From a virus (Duplodnaviria; Caudoviricetes): a DNA stretch of 44,202 nt. The number at the start of each line of letters is the position of its first letter. Position 1 is the stretch's first letter. Both the position numbers and the translations under genes were made by a program. Shown here one piece after another: positions 35,526 to 43,900 of the stretch. The notes below the pieces were generated by a model. The model searched no databases. It saw only the letters and a program-made list of their open reading frames with translations, and was not told the origin of the DNA. The stretch is taken from positions 1 through 44,202 of the IMG/VR virus record IMGVR_UViG_3300016675_000235, one strand, 5' to 3'.

Positions 35526-36119
35526 ATGAATCTCAGGACAAACCCATTTGATCGTTTCCTTTCAAAGGAACAGGTCATGCAAGCGGAGGTAGCCCGGCGG
35601 CTATCAATAGAACATCCCGACGTTTTTTGGTGGCATACCCACAACGAAGGAAAAAAATCCCCATTTGAGCAATATCTGTTCAAAAAAATGGGCGGCCATT
35701 CAGGTGTTTCGGATTTTGTCATTCTGGAGGAGTCCAACTTTTCAAAAGGACTTATGCTGGAGTTGAAGTTTGGGGCCAACAAATGCACTAGAAACCAGGT
35801 GGAATTCATGAAACATGCCGCCAAAAAAGGATTTACATGCTGCGTGGTGTATAACCATCATCAGGATGCGGTGAATATCATCAATAGGCACCTTGGTTCG
35901 GGTATTGGGATTCTTCCAAACGACGGAATTTTGCTCGTCAAAGGATCGGTTGAAAAGGTGATACCCTTTTCCCAGGCGCTTGATGTCCTTTGCAGCAAGT
36001 CAAAGGAAAAGGAGCAGGTAAAAAAGTTGTTTTCCAAAAAAGCATCATCGAAATTCGGTAAGTCAGTCCCAGGAAAGTTGTTTCAATCATCCAAATCAGG
36101 AGACAGTAAGTTGGGTTAA
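35526..36119 (+). CDS. VRR-NUC (PD-D/ExK) nuclease, possible resolvase
   Basis: E...Q, HTHNEG, GVSDF, LELK, Q.EF...A..G motifs. Confidence 0.85.
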   Translation: MNLRTNPFDRFLSKEQVMQAEVARRLSIEHPDVFWWHTHNEGKKSPFEQYLFKKMGGHSGVSDFVILEESNFSKGLMLELKFGANKCTRNQVEFMKHAAKKGFTCCVVYNHHQDAVNIINRHLGSGIGILPNDGILLVKGSVEKVIPFSQALDVLCSKSKEKEQVKKLFSKKASSKFGKSVPGKLFQSSKSGDSKLG

Positions 36120-36159
36120 TTGTTAATTGAGGTCGCCAGTGCCTTACAGTGGTGAATTT

Positions 36160-36243
36160 GGTCAAGTGGCGGGAAGGATATGCGCAATGAGTAGGCAAGT
36201 AAAATCTACACATCACTCACAGGTTCGAGTCCTGTCTTGACTG
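36160..36243 (+). tRNA. tRNA-like element with non-canonical anticodon arm
   Basis: Acceptor GGTCAAG/CTTGACT, D arm GCG..GG..CGC, T arm ACAGG-TTCGAGT-CCTGT; central arm GTAGG-CAAGTAAAA-TCTAC lacks U33 and a 7-nt loop. Confidence 0.65.
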
Positions 36244-36249
36244 CAACGA

Positions 36250-36514
36250 TTGCTTGTATTTGAAGTTCTTTCAAGACCCGGGTTCGATACCCGGCACTTC
36301 CACCGACCGTCGCCGGTTATAGAGGATAAGGCAATAGCGGAAACGCTTAGAGCAAACTCCTCTTGTTCATTATGGGGGTGACTGGCTTTGATTGGATGTA
36401 ATGTGTAGGATACGCAAAATGGCAATTGTTACAACAAACGGCAAAACCGTTTTAATTTCTCGCCCAGTTGCTAGAGTAGCTGCGTAAGAGGTCCGCCCCG
36501 AACCAAATCGGGGC
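36250..36514 (+). ncRNA. ssrA: Circularly permuted (two-piece) tmRNA
   Basis: Acceptor piece ~36250-36304 (GAC, CCGGG-TTCGATA-CCCGG, CACTTCC-A-CC) precedes coding piece from 36374 (GGGGGTG-ACTGGCTTTGA); G3-U70 pair; tag frame 36440-36487 GKTVLISRPVARVAA-stop. Confidence 0.88.
36495..36514 (+). terminator. Hairpin closing the tmRNA coding piece
   Basis: GCCCCGA-ACCAAA-TCGGGGC followed by AAATTTT (weak U-tract). Confidence 0.5.
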
Positions 36515-36533
36515 AAATTTTGAAACTAAACAA

Positions 36534-36543
36534 AACAGGACAA
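36534..36543 (+). repeat. AACAGGACAA motif copy before ATG 36546
   Basis: AAAACAGGACAAATATG. Confidence 0.85.
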
Positions 36544-36545
36544 AT

Positions 36546-36728
36546 ATGGACATTTACTTCATTTGGCTCATTGTGTGCATGATGGTGGCATTTTGCGCAG
36601 GAGCTACAATCGGATTCACGTTTGGAGGAAACAAACAAAAGTTGGAAATCATCAGGTACTACCGCAAAAACAGGATGAAACTTCTAGAGGAGGCTGTACG
36701 AGAAATGTTTTTGATGGATAGGGGGTAA
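36546..36728 (+). CDS. Small N-terminal-TM protein
   Basis: 60 aa; hydrophobic residues 3-26, basic tail. Confidence 0.7.
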   Translation: MDIYFIWLIVCMMVAFCAGATIGFTFGGNKQKLEIIRYYRKNRMKLLEEAVREMFLMDRG

Positions 36729-36745
36729 TTTATAGTCAACGCAAA

Positions 36746-37165
36746 ATGAAACTCGACCTATCCAATTCGATTGACGCATCAAAGGCCAAGGCATACCTCG
36801 GCAAGCTGATCGAACTTGGAGCAAAGTGCGAGATCAAAAAAATAAACGAAAAAAGGACTATCCGACAAAATTCGTATCTTCATGTATGCCTCGGGATGTT
36901 TTGTGCGGAGACGGGATACACAATCGAGGAATCAAAGGAACTGTTTTCAAGACAACTTCCAGAAATCATGAGGTATGAAAAGATGGGGGAAAATTTCAGG
37001 AGATCCACTACTACCTTGGACAAGGCCGAAATGGGTAAACTGATCGACCTGATCCGGGAAATGTCCTTGGACCAACTTGGCCTTTACATTCCAACCTCGG
37101 AGGAGTACATACAGAACAGATTTGCCATTGAACGCCAATTGGAGGCGGCTGGAATACATATTTAA
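36746..37165 (+). CDS. NinB/Orf-like recombination protein
   Basis: KRTIRQNSYLH and STTTLDKAEM..LID.I motifs. Confidence 0.7.
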   Translation: MKLDLSNSIDASKAKAYLGKLIELGAKCEIKKINEKRTIRQNSYLHVCLGMFCAETGYTIEESKELFSRQLPEIMRYEKMGENFRRSTTTLDKAEMGKLIDLIREMSLDQLGLYIPTSEEYIQNRFAIERQLEAAGIHI

Positions 37166-37192
37166 ATCAATTTTCACTTAAACAAATCAATC

Positions 37193-37471
37193 ATGAAAGC
37201 AAAAACAGTAGTATCGAAAGCAACCCAGAAAATGGTAGATGTAGCCATGTGGATGATCATTGGAATGTTTGTCCTGTTCATCGGGATGTCATCAGCAAAG
37301 GCCGAAATGCCAACCGAAGCGCCGGTGATCGAAAAGGTCTGCAACTATGGTCCAAACGGAGGTGTAAACCGAAATGTCAAAAAATACCATCGCCAAAACA
37401 GGCGCAACTTCCATTGCTCGCTTTGCCCGGCTACTGGTTTGAGGAAATTTATACCTAAAAGATGGAGATGA
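37193..37471 (+). CDS. Small exported/membrane protein
   Basis: Hydrophobic stretch followed by SAKA-E cleavage-like site; basic Cys-containing tail. Confidence 0.6.
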   Translation: MKAKTVVSKATQKMVDVAMWMIIGMFVLFIGMSSAKAEMPTEAPVIEKVCNYGPNGGVNRNVKKYHRQNRRNFHCSLCPATGLRKFIPKRWR

Positions 37472-37758
37472 AGATACTTTCGCAATACCGCAATAGAAGC
37501 AAGGGATACTGGATGTGTGCCTTGTTTGTCTTACCTTTTTGGACATTGGTGATGTGTTCCTGTTCCTCTGGCGAAATCGTGACATCCGAGCATGGAACGG
37601 TCATCCACTACGATGCACAAAGCGTCACGGTCCAATACGACACGTTCAGGAAACAGAAGAAAAATGGCGCTTACGTGTATAAGCCGTTGAAGCAAAAGGC
37701 CCTGAACGCTTTCTATTTACCGTCAGGGCATAGGTTACAGATTGGGGACGTTTATTGA
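37468..37758 (+). CDS. Putative lipoprotein
   Basis: Basic N-terminus, hydrophobic core, MCSC-SS lipobox-like; ATGA coupling. Confidence 0.55.
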   Translation: MKILSQYRNRSKGYWMCALFVLPFWTLVMCSCSSGEIVTSEHGTVIHYDAQSVTVQYDTFRKQKKNGAYVYKPLKQKALNAFYLPSGHRLQIGDVY

Positions 37759-37762
37759 CAAT

Positions 37763-38077
37763 ATGGAAAGGCCACAATTCAAAGACTTTGTCCCGGATTC
37801 AATAACCGTTGCTGATATCCAAAAGGCATTTACGGATCATCCGCAAATCTATCAATACATTGTCTATTTAGACAAGTACATTGATTGGCTCGAATCTGGA
37901 AAAAAGGATGAAAATGAAACGCTTCCATGCCAATTAATGAGGGATGGGGAAACCTATGATTGTAGAGTTTGTGGGAAAAGCTTTATTGATCACGATACCT
38001 CCTTGGGTTGCCCTCACGTTGAAAAGAATTCCCCTATCTGTATTAAAAAAGGACTTTATTCACAGAAAAACCAATAG
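37763..38077 (+). CDS. Hypothetical protein with Cys cluster
   Basis: 104 aa; C..CRVCGKSF..CP..C. Confidence 0.6.
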   Translation: MERPQFKDFVPDSITVADIQKAFTDHPQIYQYIVYLDKYIDWLESGKKDENETLPCQLMRDGETYDCRVCGKSFIDHDTSLGCPHVEKNSPICIKKGLYSQKNQ

Positions 38078-38080
38078 AAT

Positions 38081-38467
38081 ATGCCATGCTACACACCTAG
38101 CCCTAAAGAGGAAAGGAAATTGGGACAAAAAAGAAAAGAAAAAGATTGGAATGAAAACCAATCGGACAAAGTAAAAGTTTTGGAGGCTCAACTTTGTGCA
38201 CTTATCAATGAATTAGACAGGCGTGGTATTGCTCAGGAAGTAATTCAGGATGCAAATAAAAACGGTAATGTTTCGTTGGATGAATTTTGGGATATGCACC
38301 TAAAGCAAGACGAAATTAGAATAGCTGGAATTATTCGTGGATTGAGCTTTGATGAACAACAATTACTTAAAAGGATTTTGGATGAAAGCTTGGAGGGTAA
38401 AAGCAAATTCCATAATCCCGCTACTTCCAAAAGAAAATCATTTGTTGATAGAATCAAAAACCCCTAG
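38081..38467 (+). CDS. Hypothetical protein
   Basis: 128 aa; MPC..LEAQLCA..W..H...D pattern seen in phage proteins. Confidence 0.7.
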   Translation: MPCYTPSPKEERKLGQKRKEKDWNENQSDKVKVLEAQLCALINELDRRGIAQEVIQDANKNGNVSLDEFWDMHLKQDEIRIAGIIRGLSFDEQQLLKRILDESLEGKSKFHNPATSKRKSFVDRIKNP

Positions 38468-38489
38468 CCGATAAGCTAGGGGTTTTTTT
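38456..38489. terminator. Bidirectional intrinsic terminator
   Basis: AAAAACCCCTAGC-CGATAA-GCTAGGGGTTTTTTT between convergent genes. Confidence 0.85.
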
Positions 38490-40548
38490 AATTCAACTGC
38501 AATCCTGGCATGGCTCCGTTTTGCATTCCCAATTGCTGCTGCAATTGCGCCATGATCTCCGGGTTTGGTTCGGTCGGAAGCCCCTGGCTCTCCAACTGTT
38601 GTTGAAGCATTGCCATTTCCTGCCTTTTTCTATCCAATACCTCCCTGAGCTTGTCTGCAAACGGCATTGATGTCAATTCGGTGAACGTATCAAGGTCAAT
38701 CAACTGCTTGTCGAGGAACTGCAGCAATACGTCATCCTGGATTTGTCTCATGACAGGCGTATTGACCGCCCTGCCCATGCTGATCATGACTTCCAGGTCT
38801 TTGCCTTTTGATGCTTCGTAAAACCGGATATTGTTGTCGAAGTCACGGCCAACAATCTCGATGTTCCGGTCCTCGTCGTAAAACTGCTGGATCAATTGGA
38901 CCACTTTCAGGTCACGTTCCGCCCTCCGTTGGAAGAAGTATTCGAAGTAAATACGGTTGTTGATTTGGGCATTTGACGCCTGGATTTGATACATGCCAAG
39001 CGGCGTTCCCGATCCTGCCTTTTGCCCCTGAATCGCTCCGGTGACTCCCGATATCTGCTCCAATAGCGTCATCTGCATCTGCAATAGCTCAATGGCTCCC
39101 GTATTGATGTTCCTTGCCGATAATTCCTCGGGTTTTGCCCCTGACGGGTTTTGGGTTCGGTCCGCATCATACTCAATGACACCCCCGCTTTTGGTAAGCT
39201 CATTGGCGTACATATCGGAGGTCCAGCCCTTGGCCTTGGCCTGTGTCGGCAACAACAAGGCACCTTTGGACGCAGATCCTATAATCTTGTCAAGTCCGGT
39301 CAAAAGCCTGTTGATCTGGATTTGCTGATCAAGGATATCATAGGCAAATCCCCAAATGTTGCCATCCACCAATGGGTATAGGCCAATTGTGTACGGGCTC
39401 TCCTCGTGGTCAAAAGGTGTTTCCCCATGCATGAGGATATCGCCACGGTCGGTCAAAAACCAAAAGTGCCAAATGTTCTCGAATCTCCTGTGGTAGTCCA
39501 GCAAAGGTATGTTTTCAAGCGGGACTCCTGCTGCGGAGAATCGGGCTATCCGTTGGTCGTTGATTGCCTCCAGCTCCTCCTCGTCCTTGTCGCTCTGGAA
39601 ATACCTTCCTTTCTCGGGGTCGTGTACCATCATGACCTCGATATTTATTTCCTCCCAAATCTCTATTACCCTGCAAAGGTTGACATCCTGCGGGGTGTAA
39701 AAGTCAACGTCCTCGATGATGCTGGAGTCCTGGTTTTGGGCCGTGTATGCCTGCCTCCGATTTCTTTGCCTTGACGCATCATGGCCATACCACTGATGAA
39801 TAAGCTGCCTGTCTGCGGTGTTTTTTGCAAATGTGGCAATTACTTCGTCAATCGTGCATGTATGGATCTCCCCAATGAAGTTGATATCCTTGCCCCTGAC
39901 ATCCTTTATGCCCGTATTGAAAAACAACAATCCAGGATGGACCGAATCAATCTTCACGTCATACTTGTTTTTCCGCTTGTGCCATCCGTATGCCGTTTTC
40001 CATCCAAAAGCACCCGATAGGAAAAATTCTTCAATGACGGATGAATCAAGCATGTGGGTGTCGTTGAGTTGAAGCGCAGCCTCCAAGGTTTTTGACATCA
40101 TTTCACCCAATGATTGATCCTCCCGGTTCCTAGCTATCACGATTGACTTGAAATCATTTTCGATGAACTGACCGAGCAAATTTTTGATGTGCTGCCGGAT
40201 GATGTTCTGCTTTATGGGCACCATGTTCTGACGCTGGATGTATTGTTCCATGGTGATAAACTGGTTCTCGTTGTCAGGGTCCCGCATGAGGTCGTTCCAA
40301 TGTTTCCCTGAATAGAAGTCCACACACTTTCTCCTGCGCCTCCTGAAATCCAGCAACTTTTCCCAATAGAAGTAGGCGTTTTGAAGTTTCTCGTCAGCGA
40401 TTTTCTTCATTTCGGGATCGTTGTATATCAGTGTCGTTGATTGCTTTATCTGATCATCCGACAACCTGGTATCCATGTACCTCTTGAAATCCTTTGGGAT
40501 ATCGTTCAGAAGGTCGTCCGGGTTGAAATCAACTCTTTGCTTTTTCAT
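38488..40548 (-). CDS. Portal protein (P22-like)
   Basis: DFYSGKHW, N.IR..I..LLG, H..SPY, D.Q..INR, ISGVTGAIQG, Q-rich C-terminal barrel; likely ATG 40548 rather than 40743. Confidence 0.85.
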   Translation of the reverse strand: MKKQRVDFNPDDLLNDIPKDFKRYMDTRLSDDQIKQSTTLIYNDPEMKKIADEKLQNAYFYWEKLLDFRRRRRKCVDFYSGKHWNDLMRDPDNENQFITMEQYIQRQNMVPIKQNIIRQHIKNLLGQFIENDFKSIVIARNREDQSLGEMMSKTLEAALQLNDTHMLDSSVIEEFFLSGAFGWKTAYGWHKRKNKYDVKIDSVHPGLLFFNTGIKDVRGKDINFIGEIHTCTIDEVIATFAKNTADRQLIHQWYGHDASRQRNRRQAYTAQNQDSSIIEDVDFYTPQDVNLCRVIEIWEEINIEVMMVHDPEKGRYFQSDKDEEELEAINDQRIARFSAAGVPLENIPLLDYHRRFENIWHFWFLTDRGDILMHGETPFDHEESPYTIGLYPLVDGNIWGFAYDILDQQIQINRLLTGLDKIIGSASKGALLLPTQAKAKGWTSDMYANELTKSGGVIEYDADRTQNPSGAKPEELSARNINTGAIELLQMQMTLLEQISGVTGAIQGQKAGSGTPLGMYQIQASNAQINNRIYFEYFFQRRAERDLKVVQLIQQFYDEDRNIEIVGRDFDNNIRFYEASKGKDLEVMISMGRAVNTPVMRQIQDDVLLQFLDKQLIDLDTFTELTSMPFADKLREVLDRKRQEMAMLQQQLESQGLPTEPNPEIMAQLQQQLGMQNGAMPGLQLN

Positions 40549-40782
40549 GGGATTGGCTGTTAACGCAAAAAGCCAATCTTTCCCTTGGAGGGATGTAGAT
40601 TGGCTATGGCCTGCTATTTGCTTTTCGTAAAGATAAATATTACGATTAACTTTTGTCAATTCAAAGGTTTTTTTTAGTAATTTGGAGGTCTTAAATCCCT
40701 GATATTGAAAGGTTTTTTTAGGAAATTGAGCGACAATTGCCACCTGTCAAACATCATAAGCAATGTTTGGATGATTTTTTTT

Positions 40783-40965
40783 ATGTCGTTGTCCTGGATA
40801 GGGCTTGGGTTGATACTTTTTGGCGTTCTGTTCCAATGGATACTGTTCGCATTGCTCCCGAAGAATTATGAGTTTACCATGAACATTTATCTTTTGCTGT
40901 GGGTGGCCTTCGGGTATTTTTTAATGGGCCGCATAAGCCCGGACACAAAAAAACCCGACCATTGA
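40783..40965 (+). CDS. Small two-TM membrane protein, antisense moron
   Basis: MSLSWIGLGLILFGVLFQWILFALLP..IYLLLWVAFGYFLMGR; lone + strand gene between virion genes; start 40783 or 40771. Confidence 0.55.
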   Translation: MSLSWIGLGLILFGVLFQWILFALLPKNYEFTMNIYLLLWVAFGYFLMGRISPDTKKPDH

Positions 40966-40976
40966 TCGGGCTTTTA
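40947..40976. terminator. Bidirectional intrinsic terminator
   Basis: AAAAAAACCCGA-CCATTGA-TCGGGCTTTT. Confidence 0.7.
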
Positions 40977-40995
40977 GCGGTAGTCAGTTGATGGT

Positions 40996-43900
40996 TTAGT
41001 TTATCTGCAATATGCTTTTCAATGGATTTCCACGTTTTTTGAACATTACCTCCCCATATCTGCGGTTGAATTCCCGCATCAATTGGGTCCTCTCCTCGTA
41101 TAGCTTGTCAATATCGTCTTTGTAAAGCTCCTTGGATTCCTTTTTCAGGGTTGCTATGGTCTGGTTGTAGTTCCGAACCGCTTTGTCGTATGCTTTGTAT
41201 TCTTCCGCAAGGTCGATCAAAGCCTGATTTTCCCGATAGTACTCCTCTGCCTTTTCATCCTGCCCGGCCTCTATTTTGGCCTCGTATGCACCTTTGGCGG
41301 CAAGCGCATTGTCACGGTACTCATAGAAGTTCTGTGTTGCCTCAAAATCGGTCCCTGATTTGCCTACAAACGACCTTACAAACGGCACTCTCCTTATGTA
41401 AGGATCATCACTGATATCATTCCCGGAAAGAACCTCGGTCATTGTTGTCGCCAAATTCTGGGTGAACTGTGCCGGTCCTCCAAGGTACTGGTTGATACCA
41501 TGCTCGATAAATTCAGGGTTCCAGTCAATAACGCCTGGGGTTACTTCATCTCCGCCCGTTATGTTGTTGAGGAATGTCGTTGCCTCCCTGATGTATGGAT
41601 TCACTCCCTCGAAATACATTTGGCTTGATGGAAGTTGGTACTTGGCAAATTCCGACTGCTCCCGGTAAATCCTTCTTCCGGCAAAGTTCCTGTTGAACGC
41701 CAGATCGACCGCAGGTTGGGAAACGGATGGAGATACAATACTGAATAGATCGTAGAATCCGTCGCTGTCGTCCTTTCCAAACTCTATGCCGCCCAAAGGC
41801 GAAAACACGTTGGTAGCTGCAGAAGCAATTCCCAAGGCTTCCTCTCCCGCAGTTCCCTTTCCGGTCATTACCCTACCCAGGGATTCACCCATGGAGTAGA
41901 AAATATTCAAGCCATACGGCAATGGCACCTTGATGTAATCGCCGGGGTCGTCGGTAGTCAGGTTTGGAATGATGATGTTGTTCCTCCTGGTGTAATCGGG
42001 GATTTTTTCGTAGAATGTTTTTCCATCCTCGTCCTCCTCGTCAAACAATCCGTACAGAACCGATTGCATCATCCCTGCGGCAAAGACTACCCCGGCATAT
42101 CCCATGGCCTTACGTCTAGTTTTAGGATTTGAAAAGCTTCTGATCAATCTTTCCGAGCCTTGCACAGACGCATTGAAGAATATGTAGAACGATCCAAGGA
42201 ACGCCGAATGCCTGCCTTTTCGGTTGAAGTTAACCGTAAGGTCCTTAGCCATGATGGCGGCCTTCTGCTTGCTGATCCCCTGCTCCCGCAATGTCTTGTA
42301 GTAGCTGAAACGCATCGAGTTTTCAAGGATTTTGTTGGTAACTTCTATACCATGGCCCAGCGCCCTTATCGGCATCAAGGCAATGTTTCCACCCTTGGCC
42401 CAGGCATTGTTTCTGTTTGCCTTGTCAATGGTTTTTTTAATTTCTTCAAATATTTCTGCAGCCGTTTTAAGGTCGGTAAAACCTGTCATGGCTCCTTCTT
42501 CCATGAATTCACGCAATAGGTTTCCGTCATTTCCCGTGGGATATTCATCCGTAGCAAAGAATTTCCTAAGCGTTACTACTGATCTAGGCATTTTCTTCAT
42601 GGTAGATTTCCAGATTTCAGCATCCTGTTCAAGCAATATGTTAAACGTGCCAAACCCAACGTCTCGGATAAGGTTTCGAAGTCCGAACTCAGGGCTGTAT
42701 TGGGTGAACATGGAGGAAAGCCACTTTGTATAATTCCTGAAAATTTGCAGGAATCTTGGCACTTTGTCCTGATCAAGGTTTTTGACGGCCATCGGTATTT
42801 TGGAATCCTTGAACTCTATGAACACTTTTTTACCCTTTACCATAACGGAAAGTACGTTTGCCGTCTCTCCCTGCTGCTGGACCGACCTATGTACCTCCGG
42901 ATCGAAGGACCGCATGGCCTCTCCAGATTTCAGTTGCTTATCGGTTGGCTTATTCATGGTTTCCAACCAAATGTCGTTCCCAAATTCATCCTTGCTGTTT
43001 GTGTTGACGTAATACGCCTGCCTGATGAAGTAATCGCCTGGGGAAACATTCTCTTTGACAAATTGAAGCACACTTTGGCGCACCCTGTTGTTTTCTCCCC
43101 TCATGATGGCCTCCTGAGCTGCCGTAAACATAAACGGCATTGGATTTGCAGCCTCGGAAGAACGGCCCTTTGCTGACATCAACAAGGTGTAAACCCTGTC
43201 GTTGGTCTGCTCCATGCCTTTCCAATCGGTCAAAGGAACATAGTTTTTATACCTCGTAAGAAGGTCCTTGTAGGTTTCCTTGGTGATCATTCCAGACTTG
43301 AACCTTTCTACCGTGGTAAACAGGTTGATTTTCTGCACACGCTTTTGAAGTTCAGCCACAAGCTCGGGAGATACCGCAGATTCGAAGTTGCTTACTCCAT
43401 CCGCCGCCTCTTGGTCGGTCATTCCTGTCGGCCATTTGGGATCCAAGTTTGCGATTTTCCTAGCCCATTGCTTTTGTATTCTTGCTTCGTATTCAGCAAG
43501 CGTGTATTTGGCCTGTAGTGCCGGATCAATCCCGTAGGCGACTATTTTGGCCTGCATCCACCTTTGTTTCCCAGCCTCATCCAGTCCCTCCTTTTCAAAG
43601 AAGTACTTTTTGCGCTCGTCGTGGTGTTTGAATTTCAGGTAGTCGGATATGTCGGACGAAGTGAGTCCGGATTGCTTGACGATCTTTTTGGCTGTTTCCC
43701 GCAACGGGTTCCAAAGGTCCTTTTTAAATACCCTCGCTTTCTCTAGGGTTTTTCCCGAAGCAAGGTTTTCCTTGGTATAGAAATCCGCTTTGTCGGAAAC
43801 ATCCTTTGTCTTGGACTCAATCAACCGCTTGGACCTGATCATCCTGTCTTGGAGCCTTTCGGTTACTTTGAGGTCAAACCAAGATAGCTTGCCTTCCTCG

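Noticed and set aside
36305-36373. HDV-like (theta) ribozyme after the tmRNA acceptor end
   Set aside because: Starts with G and has P2/P4-like stems, but I found no P1 partner or P3/L3 in the required nested order.
36213-36425. 70-aa minus strand ORF
   Set aside because: Antisense shadow of the tRNA-like element and tmRNA.
653-36543. Motif as Shine-Dalgarno or as CRISPR repeat
   Set aside because: AGGA is only 2-7 nt from the ATG and its flanks are conserved beyond an SD; copies are dispersed, not arrayed with spacers.
37269-37278. Exact AACAGGACAA copy on the minus strand
   Set aside because: It lies antisense within the + strand gene 37193-37471 (codons for FVLF) with no plausible gene start next to it; treated as chance, and counted as an exception to the motif rule.
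40549-40743. 65-aa N-terminal extension of portal in the ORF track
   Set aside because: GTG start in AT-rich intergenic-looking sequence; ATG 40548 gives a more typical start.
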